Positions 40,799-56,484 of a DNA stretch of 64,000 nt are shown piece after piece. Under the pieces are notes generated by a model. That model saw only the letters and a list, made by a program, of their open reading frames with translations. It did no database searches and had not been told where the DNA came from. The stretch's first letter is position 1. Each line of letters opens with the position of its first letter. This DNA is from the human T2T-CHM13v2.0 reference genome, Homo sapiens: assembly GCF_009914755.1 (NCBI RefSeq), contig NC_060933.1. One strand, given 5' to 3'. Both the position numbers and the translations under genes were made by a program.

Positions 40799-40889
40799 GT
40801 ATTAAGAGCACAAAGCTAAGTTGGGTTTCCAATACTAGGGCGACTACAATCTTGCCCTCGTAGGAAACAAAAGAGACTTGGACACAGGT

Positions 40890-41592
40890 ATTGACGATGT
40901 GCCTTTCATGAGATGCCTTTATTATTTGACAGATGGTATAATGCCTAGTTGTCCAATCTGTGCCCAGGAGTCCCTCACATGGGAAGCTTGTTTATACTGG
41001 CAGATGCCCTTGTGACTCTCATCTGACCCGTGTCCAATTTATGGTTGTCTGACCATTGCTCTGGTGCTGGGAGCCTGACCTTGTTTTCTCCCCAGCAGCC
41101 TGGAGCAAACCCAGTCTGTGGTAGCCCCTAGTTCTTCAGATAGAAGGTACACATTCATTACATCACCACAGCAGGAAACAAGTTCAAATATTTTCTTTAC
41201 AGACCGGGGCAAGGAGGGTATACTGAGTCAGCAGAGCAGTCCTATATCCCTGGGTCTTGCAGACATGAAGAGGCAGGAATGAAGAGTTCAGGCAGAGAGC
41301 ACACCTGGTGACTGGCAGCACGAACAAGGGAATAGGGTGTGGGGCACTAAGTTCACAAGCAAATGCCTGATGATCCTTGTACAGGAAGCCATGGGAAAGC
41401 CGGGAGCCCAGTCTTCCAAGTAGGAGAGATGCCTCTAGGTTCTTATCTCTGGCCACCAGCTTGAGCCTTTTGGGTGTGGTGCAGAAGTGGAAACTGAGTC
41501 AAGGGTGACTGAGCCCTGCTTCTGGTCTGAGAAAGTTAAACTTGTATTTAAAATTGATGTCAAGCAACACAAAATTACAAAAATTCACTACA
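40890..41592 (-). mobile_element. MER54-type ERVL LTR
   Basis: The end GTCAAGGGTGACTGAGCCCTGCTTCTGGTCTGAGAAAGTTAAACTTGTATT...TTCACTACA is the reverse complement of the MER54 5' end. Left boundary approximate. Confidence 0.7.
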
Positions 41593-41893
41593 CTATCCCA
41601 AGAGGCATCCAGGCTTTCTCAAGTACAAAGGAAACTATCTCTCCCAAGATCTGATCCCATTTCTTGTCCTAGGAATAAGTGAAATTTACTTCAGTGAGTC
41701 CCCATCTTCTGATACCTAAGCGTGTTGAAAGCAGATACCAGTAAGCTTCAGAAGAATTGGTGACCCATAATTCAGACCATGTTACTTCTTTCATTTTGGT
41801 GCAAGTAGTTCAGGGTGGAAGAAAGGCTACCACCTTAGCAGTGAGGAGGGAGAAAAAGCCGTAGCCCATCATTTACACTTTAAATGCTGGCTC

Positions 41894-42349
41894 TATGACG
41901 TTCAGTTTTCCATTCCTGAGTTATTTCATTTAGAATAATATGTCCAATCTCATCCAAGTCATTGCAAATGCTGTTAATTCATTCCTTTTTATAGCTGAGT
42001 AGTATCCCATTGTACATATATATTACAGTGCCTTTATCCACTCATTGATTGATGGGCATTTGGATTGGTCCACGATTTTGCAATTGTGAATGTTCTCACT
42101 GATATGTGGATGCTAAGCTGTGAGGACATAAAGGCATAAGAATGACACAATGGACTTTGGGGACTTGGGGTGAACAGTAGGAGGGGGGTGAGGGATAAAA
42201 GACAACAAATACAGTGCAGTGTACACCACTCAGGTGATGAGTGCACCACGATCTCATAAATCTCCACTAAAGAACTTACTCATGTAACCAAATACTACCT
42301 GTATCCCAATAACTTATGAAAAAATAAAAAATAATAATTAAGAAAAAGA
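41894..42349. mobile_element. L1PB1-like 3' end with 5' inversion (minus ~41894-42089, plus 42090-42349)
   Basis: Plus part ATGTTCTCACTGATATGTGG...CACTAAAGAACTTACTCATGTAACCAAATAC. The minus part (TTTTCCATTCCTGAGTTA...) is the immediately upstream L1 sequence. Confidence 0.85.
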
Positions 42350-42788
<439 letters not shown>

Positions 42789-43254
42789 TCAGCTCAGATA
42801 ATTTCTGGGGAAGGAGAGGGCTGCCATGAGAATGGTATGGCTGTGTGTTGGAAGGACAGAGGGAGAAGGAACAGGAAAAACCCACTTCCCATACTCTCTA
42901 ACTCCAATCTTGGTCAACACATGTCTGGTGGTTTACTTGCATCCTGACTTTTCAACACCACCATCCTCCTCATGACCCACTCCCAGGAACTAGAGCTTCT
43001 GCATGTGCGGCCATGCTCCCCCGTGCACCTTCCCTTAACCCGGCACATGAGGGTAACAGGCTACTACACTTCATATACGCTGGCTGGGTCTGCGTTTGAA
43101 TTCCTAGAATTGGAGATGACATGGTCCTGTAAGCCATCTTCATTTCGTATTCCATCTCTATTGTGATCAATGCATTTCTTCTAGATGTCTAAGTTGTGTT
43201 CCAAGTGTGGTCTCTTTAATTTTTTTTTAAGTCAGAAGATCCAATACCTTTGTC

Positions 43255-43635
43255 TCATTCATTTCTTTATTCATTCCACAAATATTTTTTGAGTACTTAC
43301 CATGTGTCAGGCACTGTTTTAGCAATTGGGGTTACAATGGCAAGTGAGACCCAAAGTCCCTGCCCTCTCTGAGCTTTCGTTTCAGTGAGGGAGAGAGACA
43401 AGAAAAAAAAATTGGTAAATGACAGTAGTATCAGGTAACTGCTCTAAGAAAAAGTAGATAAGGGAATAGAGTGTGAGGGAGAAGAAACTTTTAGCTTGGG
43501 TGGATGGAAAAGGCTTCTCTGAGGAAGTGATATTTCAATAAAGACCTAAAAGATGTTAGAGGACAAGTGAGGAGGAGGAGAGGAAATGAGATGCCGGGGG
43601 AGGGGGGAAGAGAATTCCTGGGACAGGAAACAGGT
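43255..43635 (-). mobile_element. L2 3' fragment
   Basis: TCATTCATTTC...AAATATTTTTTGAGTACTTACCATGTGTCAGGCACTG and AAGGCTTCTCTGAGGAAGTGATATTT. Confidence 0.8.
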
Positions 43636-45499
43636 CTTCCTTGCCCGAGACCTGCAAAATCACTCAGGAAGAAAAAACAATCTATTTCTTGTAGCCATAT
43701 TTCTTCTGCTTTTCAAACATTCCATGATGGTTAAAATCATGTTAAAACATTTTGAGGTTTATGCTTTTGCTTCTAAAGTATGGACAAAAATATGATTAGA
43801 CTAGAAAAATTGTCAAATATTAGGGGAAGGCCACCCTAGCATACTCTGTTTCTAAATTTTTCTCAGCCAGTGTAGACAATGAGGTCCTACTTGCAGTCCT
43901 GAACAAAAAAAAGTCTTTGAAACTTTATTCAAAAAAAAAAAAACATATTTGTGCACTCTGTCTCTACGGCTGTGATTCATGGGGATGGAAGATAAAGAGA
44001 GGGCAAACTCAGAGACTGATCTCAACAGTCAAGGTCTCTCCTAAACACCTCCCCAAAGAGAGGCCAAAGAGAGGGCATGAGAGCAGGAAGGAGGCGCTGG
44101 GATCTACAGCCAGCCCTCCTCAGAATGTCCACTTCCATGCCCAGATGGCTCATGAGGGCAGCCATTAGCCCATCTGCAGAGAGAGGCTATGAAGAGAATC
44201 AGAGGTCTTGTGGAAAGGGTCTTTAAGAGAAATACAGAAACTTAGGTGGTTGCCAGAGCTGAGGAGATGGAATGGGAATTTTCAAACCAAAGCCTCCCAG
44301 AACTCTCAGACCCTAGGGAGAGATTAGGCTGACGGCATCTAGAAACCAAAGGGTTCCGACGGGAGCCTTCACTCTTTCAGCATAATTGTATCGTTCCGAC
44401 ACGTTCTCCCTTTTCCCCTCTCTCCATCACAGCTGTCCATTGCTTTCTCCTCCCTTCCTTCTCCCATCTCCTTTCCCTCACCCCCTTACCTATCAATTGC
44501 TTTTCTTCCTGATCCATTTCAGCTTCCTCTCTCCTCGTTATTTTAAAAGAAAATGTAAACAAAACAAAATGTGTAGTTGCACAGAAATTCCAATGAATAA
44601 AATGGGATTTTACCATCAACAGTGCTTTTTTTCTGCCCAAATTGGAGGTGACAATGCCACCCTCATTTCCTGTTGGTGCCATCTTCAATCAGTATGGGCC
44701 TTTGCAGGGCAGTCTGATATTACACAGAAAGGGTTGTAATGTGTTCCTGTTCTGTGAACCAGTAAACACACTCTCAGGAATGTGCTCAGCAATTCAATGG
44801 AAGACAAAAAAATGTCACACACATGCCGATATCCTTTGTAGCATCATCTATAACAACAAAAAGTAAGAAACCATGTAAGTATCCAATAATACTCTCATGC
44901 ATTAGCAAACAAATTAACACAATGGGTTACTATGTGTCCATTAAAAATAATTAGCATAAAAACTATGTGGAAGCATGAAAAGTTCTGTACTTTTTTATAT
45001 AAAGAGAGCAGAACACAAAATCCTATTACCTGCTCATACAATTATGTGAATCTAGATTGGGAGAGAATACACAAAAATAGGACTCGTTCCTCTCTCTTAC
45101 ATTAGAGTGGTGAAAATACAGACTTATCTTCAAAAAATCTTTTAACACTATTATATTGCTTTTAATAGTATGTGTGTAAATAATATCAATAAAAGATATT
45201 GTTGGGAAGTCCAACATGAGTTGATTATAATTCTTCACTTAACAGCCTCACAAGGCATTTCTTTTTCTGTATTTGTTGTTGTGATGTTTCTCCATCCTTC
45301 CCATTCTATCTGTCCCAAGATCAATGGAAGGGCAGGAAGCATTCTTTATTTAATTCTAGCCAATTTGTGTTATATTGGGCAGACCTGCTACAGAGCTTCC
45401 ATATCATGGTACCATATTACCCAGATGCGTGTATCCCCCATCATGCCCTAAACGGCATCTGCATCAGCAGGGCCAACCTCCTACTGTTCCAATGGCCAC

Positions 45500-45840
45500 T
45501 GTGCTCATCCCCAGGCCCCTGTCTCCATCTTTTCCTGTGAGCACCTAAAATACCTACTCTCTTCTCCTCCATCTCCAAATCCTGCTCACCCTCTGTGTCC
45601 ATAAGACCTTTCCTGACCTTCTTAGCCCTTGGTGATCTCTTCAAACTTCAAATTCCTACAACACATCATCTTCTCTATATGATCCATGTGAGGTACTTAT
45701 TCTAGGACTTCACCTTATCTGTCCAACTCTACTGTAAAGCCCTTGAGGGTAGGAACTGTGTCTGTGCTTGACCTTCAAGTAAAGCTCTTCACAGCGCTAG
45801 GCCCAGAGTTACTGAGTGATACTACTTATTAAGTGATTAA
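45500..45840 (+). mobile_element. L2 3' fragment
   Basis: CCAAATCCTGCTCACCCT, ACTGTAAAGCCCTTGAGGGTAGGAACTGTGTC. Confidence 0.55.
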
Positions 45841-46402
45841 TAATGGAACTGGAACAAGGGAGAACATGGAAACTGAGACATAGATTTCCATACCTGTTCT
45901 GCATCCCATATACCTGTCAGGCACATATTCAAGCATCCAAAATTGATCCTCATTAACTACTAGAAAATGTGCATGGATATTCATAAACACGAAACCATCT
46001 GTAGCTAATTTTTCAAATCTATTAGCCAGCGCAGATGAATATGTATTACTGATGGTATCAGTACTGGTTTTTATGATGTTCTAAAGTAGACTAAAAGCTA
46101 TAGGCAATATTATTAATAACCGAATTTATCACTGGGGTAAATTTGTAAATTTAATGTTGTGACTATAAAAAATAGCACAAAAAGTTTTTCGAAAATACAT
46201 GTTTCAAATAATTTCATCTGCCATATTAAACCATGAAAAGATCTGAGTTAGAATTGCTTAATAGAACACTTATGCATATATATTAAATGAATCATATTTG
46301 TGACTTTTCAAAAACTAGAGTGCTATATATTTCTAAATGGGAAATTTATGCTGTACAGTTAATGTTACATGTTGCAGAGGCATCAATCACTGGCTCTATT
46401 AA

Positions 46403-46850
<448 letters not shown>

Positions 46851-49449
46851 ATCATTTATCATAAAAGACTGCCTTCACAAAATTGTTCTTAGCATGTCAT
46901 TCCTGCACGAAAGTTAATATGAAGTTTATTTTCAGCTGGACAGACAATCTTTACAGCCCTCTTGATATAATGAACCCTGGCTAATGTCCCCACTGCAACC
47001 AACAGAACTCTATTAATAGGAAAAAGCCTGTACTTAATGGAGTAATGCTGCAGCAAGGAAATGTCTTTTCAAGAAATCATAAATATTATTGATTTTTTTT
47101 TCTCTTCCTCAAGAAAGCTAACTGGAAGCATGTTCGATGGATGGATGGCGAAGGAGACAGAGTTACTGTCTCTGAATCGGTTGGAGAATATTTATCTCAA
47201 TACGTCAACCGCAAGTAGAAACTTTACCTCCCTACCAGGGGAACCTCTTAAATGGCTAGATGCTGTCCCTAAATGCAGGCTGTTACATTGGTCCTTAATA
47301 TGCCACCTGGAAAACTGTTCAGCTTTAATTGAGCTTGACAGTCTCTGAAGACAACACCATTTAGGCAACAAGGATTGAGTTTGTTTTCAATATGAGAGAG
47401 AATGGCAGTTCAAAAGAAAAGAAAACAGTTCAAGAATACAGTCTGCCATGTGCAATGTTTTTGGAGGCAACAAATGAGAAAAAGAGACAGAGAAGAAAGC
47501 AGAGAAATGTTTATTCAAAATCCTCTTGGAAGCAGTCTCAGTGCTGAACCAAAGAAATGCAGGTAGAAGAAAACTATGTAGAACATTCTATGTATAACTA
47601 TAATAATAATGATGATGACTCTATAACTGCACATAGCAGAGCAACTTTTCATCTTTTAATATCCAAAGTATTGACTTTTATTTTACTTTTATCATAAATT
47701 TACAAGGGATATCTTGAGAGCTTGAGTAACCCCACAATGGCCAAACCTAACAGCCACTTCTCTGGTTCTCTGGACCTCTGAGAACTTTCTGATGCTGTGG
47801 GTCCCTCTGGGCCCGTTCCCCATTGGCTTTGGAGACTTTCCTAGTCTCTTCATATCTCCCTCAGCCTGCTTTGGCTACTAAATGTGCAAATCCCCTTTAA
47901 GTACACACTTTTTTCTCTTTCTGTCTCTTCACCTCTTTCCTTTAGGGATGAATCCACCTCTTCCTGCATCAGCTGTCAACCCCATAAGAAATATTCCCAG
48001 AGCCACCTGCTGAGCCCTTTTCTCTCCCTGAGCACCAATTCTGTGCCTGAGATGGCTCCATGGAGAAAGTGTGGTTTGAATTGGGTTTGAAAGCTGGCCA
48101 AATTCAAATATTTAAAGAAGTGGAATTGGGAAAGGAGCATTGGAGGTGGAAATACTGGCAGATCAGGGGCAGAGATATAGAACAAAGAATATGTGGATGA
48201 CAGCAAAGATTGCCAAAGGATTCTTATTCTTTTTTAAAAGTGGAAGGAGGATTTTTCCATCTTCTAGGACCTTCTGTTTTTCTAAATGCCTGAGGCACTT
48301 TCTAGTGCTTACTATCCAAAGTTTAGAAATGAGTCAAAGGACATATAAATCCTTCCTTCATCCTTACCTCTAATGACATCAAAAAGAACGTCACAGCTCC
48401 CCAGAGGCCCCATTTACAGAAGCCTCACTTCCCCAGACACCATCCCTATTGCCTAACCTCACTGGAGATGCTCCAGGCTCTCTGGGCACTGGTGGTCTGA
48501 TGTTATTTGTTCCCCACTTTCAGTTCTGAAGCAGTGGTTTAACTCCTGCTGAGTTTGACTGCTGGTCTTTAACTTTTTCTTGCAGAGAAAGATCACTTCA
48601 CCACTGTCAGAATTTTATTTCAGTTAATAGGAATTTCAGTGAGCATCCAAGATACCCATTGTTATCGTCTAATGTCTTGCCATGGCTTATTACACAACCT
48701 TCAATGCCAAGTCTGCAGAAGAGACAATACTTTTTAATATTTTAGGGAAAAAAAAAAAGGAAAATGGCACTGTGCCTCTCATTAGCTCTTTATTTCATTA
48801 CACAGTGCAAAGCATGGTCAGTAATTTCCAGAAACAGAAAATAACAACAGGACAAATTTTTTCAGTGGGTTGTCTTGAGTCCCAAACTGGAAATAATCTA
48901 ACCTTCTTAACCATGTACTTCGTGAAAATAACTTATTTTCAAGGAGAGACATCATTTAATGCAGATTACATGGCACTCAAGTAGAGACACAGCACCATGA
49001 AATATTCTCATATGCAAAATTAGAAAAATCACTTTCAGCAACTTATGACTATTGAGTATATTTCAAGGTCCATGGCTTAGATCAGAATGTTCTTTATCTC
49101 CTATTATCTCTGAATGTGAATGTATGAGCACGTGATAAACATATTTTTAATCTATTCTTTGCTCCGCACCCACCTATTTAACTCTAAACTATATATATTT
49201 TTAAAGGGAATTATAGATTTCATGGTCAAAGCATAGAATAAGACCATTGTTTGCCTGCTCAACACTCTGTGTTCTCTAATTTGCGTTAGGATTAGATATA
49301 AGCACAGTGTAACTCTACTTCAGAAGTCCATTTTTCCACCTTACTTTATAACTCCCTAGCATCTTCTTTTTACCAAAAATATTTTAATATCCACAGTTGA
49401 ACTATAATCCACATGTTAGTTACCAGACTTTTAAAAAATAAATCTACTG

Positions 49450-52400
49450 AAATCTGCTTTAGATTATGATAGCATAGTTCCAAAACTAACGAGGAAATCA
49501 GATAAAATACTAAAACATTTACTTGAAGGTATTGAAGGGCTGCCAAGGTAACAAGGACTCGAGGGTGCAAGAGCCTAGAGAAAAAGGAACTGTAGGGAGG
49601 TGAGCTGACCTTCTGGGTATTGCCTTTCCCATCAAGACATCTGCTGACTCTTACTTTTATCATGTGCTAGAATCTGAAAAACTGGGCAGAGAGCTGTGGC
49701 TAAGAGATAAAGAAGCCACTAGAACATTTGCAAATCTCACAGAAATAGGGAGAAAAAAATAGGATTTGGAGTTTGTCTTAGTCCATTTGTGCAGTTATAA
49801 CAAAATACCTGAGACTGGGTAATTTATAAACAACAGAAATTTATTTCTCACAGCCCTGGAGGCTGGAAAGTCCAAGATCAAGGCATGGGCAGGTTCAGTG
49901 TCTGGTGAAGGCACATTCCTCCCAGATGGTGCCATCTAAGTATCCTCACATGGTAGAAGAATAGAAGAGAGTGGACCTATTCCCTCAAGTCTTTTAATAA
50001 GGGATTAATCCCATCCATGAAGGCAGAGTCCTATGGACCCAACTCCTCCTAATGGCACCACCTCTTAGTACTGTTGCATTAGGGATTAAGTTCAATGTAA
50101 ATTTTGGAGGAGACAGGAACATTCAGACCATAGCACAGCAGCCTGGCAGGCCATACTGGAGTGGCCAAGAACCTATAGCAAAGGGAGCACAGGAACAAAT
50201 CATCAATCTGCTCAGAGCAAGAGCCTAAAAAGTTCAGCAGGAAACAGAATACATCAGAATTGTTAACAATCTAATGTGTTGATGAGAAGACAAAAATTTC
50301 AGTTTAGCAACAGCCAAAATAAAATGGCCCTCGTGAGCACCGCAGGCCTTCAATAAAGCCAGTAAGCTCTACCCTAAGAGCAGGGATAAACAAGGGGTAG
50401 ATGGAGCCTTACCAAACCTGCAATCCAGCCCTGAGTCAGCTCTGTACCTGATTAGATAAAGACGCAACCTGCCTACCAGAGGATGTGGTGAACCCTTTGT
50501 AGAAGAAGTTGAGATTGTCCTGAGTCTCCATAGTTTTCATACACCATGTCTGGCATTCAATAAAAAACCATCAGACATGCCAGATAAGAGAAACAAGAGA
50601 ATGAACAGACCAAAGAAACGAATCTACAGATGACCCAGTTATTTGACTTACTAGACACAGATTTTTAAGCAACTTTGACTAATGCTTTATTTAAAAATGT
50701 GAGCATTTCACCAGAGACCTGTAATATCAAATAGAAAAAGCATCAAATAGAAATTCTGGAATTAAAAATTACAAAAATTGAAATTACAAACTCAAAATGT
50801 TGGTTTCATAGCAGATTGAATACAGTGAAAGAAGAATTGGTGAACTGGAATGCAAGTGAGTATAAAATATCCAGGCTCAATCACAGAGAGCAAAATGAGT
50901 GGAAAATACAGAAAAGAGCATTAGTGAAATACAGTACCCTGTGAAAAGCTCTGACACATCATAAATGAGTCCCAGAAGGGGATGAGAGTTAGATTGGAAC
51001 AGAAAAAAACATTTGAATGAATAATAGCTGAGAATGTTCCCGTATTTCTGAAATATAGCAAACATAGTTTCAAGAAGTTTATGATTAATATGATAAAATC
51101 AAAATTTAAAACATCATAGTAAAATCAATGAAAAACAAAGGCAAAGAAGAATCTTGAGAAGAGCAAGAAGAAAAAAGACAAATTACCTTCAAATGAACAA
51201 CAATAAGACTAATAATTGAGTTTTCAGTTGAAAACTGTAGAAACCAGAAAATAGTGGAATACCATCATTAAAGCTCTAACAGGAAATAACTGACAATCTA
51301 GACTCCCACATGAAGGAAAACTATCCTTCAAAAATAAAGATGAAGTAAAAGATTTTTCAGACAAACAAAAATTGAGACTATTAATCACCAGTAGGCTGAC
51401 ATTGAAAGATAAACTAAATGAAATTCTTCAAGCAGAAGAAAAAATATTCCTAGATGGAAACAAGGCAATAATGCAGGAAGGAATAAAGAAAATCAGAAAG
51501 GTAAAAATTCAGTAAAATAAAATAATTATTAACAGTAAAATCAATACTATATATTAGAGTTAAAATATATGTAATACAATATGACAATAATAATGCAAAA
51601 GATGGGAGAGGTGAAGTTAAAGCCTTTGAAGTTTCAGTATTATTAGGGAGAAGACAGCATGATAATAAGCCAAGTGAGCATGTTGTAATGTCTAGGGTAA
51701 CCACTAAATAATGGTAAAAGGATATATCACTAACAAATTAATAAAGAGGGGAAAATAGAATAAAACTGAAGCAAAAGACACCATCAAGTTGATACCAAAA
51801 CCAGATAAAAATATTACATGAAAGGAAAATTATGACCAACATTCCTGTGAACACAGATGCAAAAATTCTTAACAAAATAATAGCATGCTCAGCTATGCAT
51901 AAAAAGGGTAACGTAGCATGCCTAAATGGGTTTTATTCCAGGAATTCAAGGGTGGTTAACATTTCAAAATCACTCAATGCAATTCCCATATTAACAGAAA
52001 GGGGGAAAAGGGAGAAAATTTGTAGTCATACAAAGCACATTTGATAGCATTTAATACCTATTTGGGATTTAAAACAAATTATTGGAAACTAGGGAATACA
52101 ATAAAACTATCTTAATCTCAACAAAATTGTCTGCTTAAAGTCCACAGTATACATTACATTTTACGGTGAAATATTGAAAGCTTTCCTTCTGCAATAGGGA
52201 ATGAAACAAGGATGTTAGCTATCACCACTTCCATTTAAGACGGTACTGAGGGTCCTAGAAAGAAAACTAAATATAGACATACAGTATTAAACGGAAGAAA
52301 TAAAACTATCATTATTTTCAGATGATATGATTGTATACGTAGAAAAAAAACACAAAAGAATCCACATATAAACTATGAGAATTAATAAGTGAATTTAGTA

Positions 52401-53218
52401 AGTTTACTGAAATATACTGTACAATATAGTATACTACACAAAATATACTATGCAAAATATACTGGTCAGTATACAAAAATCAATTGTAGAATGCAAGTTA
52501 AAATAACAATAAAATACCACTAAATATCCACCAGAATTGCTAAAATGGAACAAAAATGAGCATGTAAAATGTTGGCAATGATATGAAGCAGCAGGAATTC
52601 TCACACACTGCTGTGGGAATCTAAATTAATACAACTACTTTGACAAACCACTTAGTAGCATCTAATAAAGCTCAACATATTCATACCCAATGAACCAGCA
52701 ATTTCACTCCTAAATGTATACACAGTAGAAATACACACATACTTGTATCCCTGAAAAAAAAATGCTCATAACAGAATCACTTGAAATAGTCAAAAGCTGG
52801 AACAAACCATTTGCCTATCAATAATATAATGGATAAAAATTATGGTGCTTTGATACAATGGGTTATTGTTATACAGCCATGAGAATAAACCAGCCAGATC
52901 TATAAGGATGAATATGACAAATATAATGCTGAATGGACAGAAGCCACACACTAAAAGCACATACTCTATGATTCCATTTGTATAAAGTTCAAAAAAAGGC
53001 AAAACAAATCTATGGTGATGAAGTCGGAATAGTGATTACCTTTGGGCATGGCGATTTTGGGGGGACATCACGAAGGAGGCCTCTTGGGTGCTGTCAACAT
53101 TGTATATCTCTATTTGGGTGGTGATTAAATGGGTATGTTGCCCTTTCAAAAATGTATTGAGCTGTGCACTCAAGATCTGTGTGTCTTTATATATGAATGC
53201 TGCCCTTCAATAAAAAAT
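49450..53218 (+). mobile_element. Ancient L1M (L1ME/MD-like) with 5' region, ORF1 remnant, RT remnant and 3'UTR; large internal deletions
   Basis: ORF1 C-terminal remnant at ~51200-51420 (AACTATCCTTCAAAAATAAAG...TTTCAGACAAACAAAAATTGAGA). RT remnants IPKPDK and VNTDAKILNKI at ~51790-51880, and FSDDMIVY at ~52315. 3' end AATAAA at ~53209. All frames are disrupted. Confidence 0.8.
49774..50135 (-). mobile_element. MSTC/MSTD-like MaLR solo LTR inside the L1M
   Basis: TGTCTTAGTCCATTTG...CTGGGTAATTTATAAACAACAGAAATTTATTTCTCACAG ... ACATTCAGACCATAGCA. Confidence 0.85.
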
Positions 53219-53589
53219 TGTAGAGTCCATCAACAAAAATAACCATTGCTCCAGTGAACGTCTTTTATATACAAGAGATTCTGCTAAGATTTATGAAAAA
53301 TGAAAGATGTTTGGAATGGGAGGAGTAAATAGCCTGATTGGGGAGAGTGCACACATGTGAAAATACAGGTTAGAACACAGGCACAGGTATGCGAAGTGAG
53401 CAGATCTCTGCCCTTAGGGGTCTAAGCATGGAGGTCACAGGGCCTGCATGAATTTAGAAACTGTGGAGGGAGAATTGCCATACAGCTTACCGTTAAGTTC
53501 CTGAAAGAGGAGTTAGCCTCTCAGTCAGTTTGGGGTCTTTGTTTCCATATGTCAGTCAAGACAGATTTTAAACACACCTATTGAAAAGC

Positions 53590-54000
<411 letters not shown>

Positions 54001-56148
54001 TGATGGGCTCCTGTGTAGTAATTTGGGACAAGGTGGGTAACACATGAGGCCTCCCTCAAGAAGCTCACACAGCAGCGGGGGATAGAGAAGTAAACTGGCT
54101 ATACCCAGCCTGATAAAAGCTTTGCTATGAGCAGAGAGTAAGGAGTAATTTGTTCTAGCTACAAAAACCAGAGCAGGAGACATTTGAATTTCAAAGACAC
54201 ATAGCAATGGGCCATGCCTAGAAAAAGCTGCAGCAAGGGAGAGCCTATTAGTTGGAGAGGGAAAAAGTAAAAAAGAAGGCGCATCCAACTAGAGGAACCA
54301 GCTTGAGCTAAAATAAACCTTAAAGACTGAGCTATATTTAGAAAACAACAATGTGGTTCAGTGTGAAATAGAAACTAATTTAACACCAAAATGGATACAA
54401 ATCAACTAGCATATTAACAAAAATTCTGTAGTGTATTTCAAAGCGAAGTAATAAATAAATATCTCTTGGTTTACCTATTTTAGGTAAATGATCTCTATAC
54501 ATTCACTTATTCATTCATCCAGCTGCCAAAAAGGACAACGGGTTCTCTTTCGGTCAATTCTCAACCCCAGTGGAATTGTCTGTAGCCTCATGTTGGCAAT
54601 ACACACTCCAAGATAGAAAAGAACCATGGTAGTCAATTCTAAGGGGCCAGTCCTTGTCTCTAATTATTTGGACCCACAGGACAGGGGTAGATTTAGAAGC
54701 AATTTGTGAATTACCATAAAATGTGGCCAACGGGAACTGCCTCCACACTGCAATGATTGGGGAGATGCTCAGAGACCATGAAAGAAAACAAACATGATCT
54801 GTTGATCATTAAAAGCAGGGGGTTTCTCTGAAGCTATATGTGGAAGCAGCATACTCTGTGGCATTTAGTCACTGCTAAATCCCAGGACCACTAAATGTTA
54901 ACATCTGGGTTAATGAATTTTATTCATGAAGATCCTGGCTCCACCCAGGACTTTGACCTGGAGCCATGGAGAGCAACCTGACACATGATGGTGTGATTTA
55001 GTTAGCATCGATGGTGCTTTCCAAATGGGAAACCCAATCTCCTGCGTTGCCTCTCAGAGAGTATCACAGTACCACTGACTTCTGACTTGGGGAACCTGGG
55101 GGCCGAGCACAGAGTCAGAGTGGGGTGAGGGGTGATAGGAAAACAGGACTAGAAGGCAGGAGGATGGGCGGGGAGCACAGAGACTTGAGGATGGGGGTTC
55201 TTTGTCCACCATTCAAAGACTTTTTATGTGGATTTTGTAACTTGTCCAGCTCTTGTTCAGGTGCTGGGAATAAATCAGTGAATATAATTTGATTCTGTCC
55301 TTTTGGAATTCAAATTCTAGATGGAGGGAAAGCAGCACAAACAACTGTGAGACAATGTAGCATGTGCTGCAATAGAGATTGTACAATGCGCAACGGGTAA
55401 AGGGCAAGAGATGATCAAACCTTCCTAATCTGTGGACTGGAGCAGGAGAAATGCCAGTCAGTGCCGAAAGGACAGACAGGAATTTAACAGTCAGAGAGGA
55501 GCAATACACACACAAAGAAATATGCACAAAGATCCTGAGGTATGCAAGTGTGCAAACCTGTAACTCTATATCAGTCCTGCCACAAATTAGTTGGATGACT
55601 ACAGAAGCATAGTCTGTATCAGTTTCTTCTAAGATGGAAAATGTTACCATATCCCTGTCAGAAAATAATTCCATGATCCCAGGGCCGGGACCAATGGCTA
55701 ACTTGGGATAATAAGGATGTAGGGCTCAGTGGGCAGAGCTACAGTTTAGGAATCCGAAGAAGCCGTTTGTTCTTTTATTGGTTGCTAACTCCTTCCAGCC
55801 TCCTCCTCACGAGCCTGATCCCTCTCCTTTGACGCAACACAGTAGGATTTGTGTGACTGGTAGAATGTGTTCCATCCCAACAGTGTGATTGGCAGGATTT
55901 GTTCCATTCCTAGGATCTTAGATTTGAAGATCAAAAGTCATCTCCTCTCATCAATTTTGCACTGGAAACAGATTTATAAATATTCACCACTTGGAAATTC
56001 AATGTAAACATCTGATTTGTAAACTTAATTGTTTCACTTAATTGAAAATTAAATTGAGTATTTTTACTTTGAAGTGCATAATTCTAAATTTCTACCAATG
56101 AAGAGAAAAGCAAAGAGTAAGAAAAACCTATCACCCATTTTGTTGCTA

Positions 56149-56484
<336 letters not shown>

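Noticed and set aside
55213-55674. 153-aa ATG-initiated minus-strand ORF
   Set aside because: It partly overlaps a degenerate L2-like fragment and has no recognisable homology or coding signature.
55851-55910. Diverged tandem duplication with a 32-bp period (23/28 identity)
   Set aside because: An ordinary old two-copy duplication with no sign of function.
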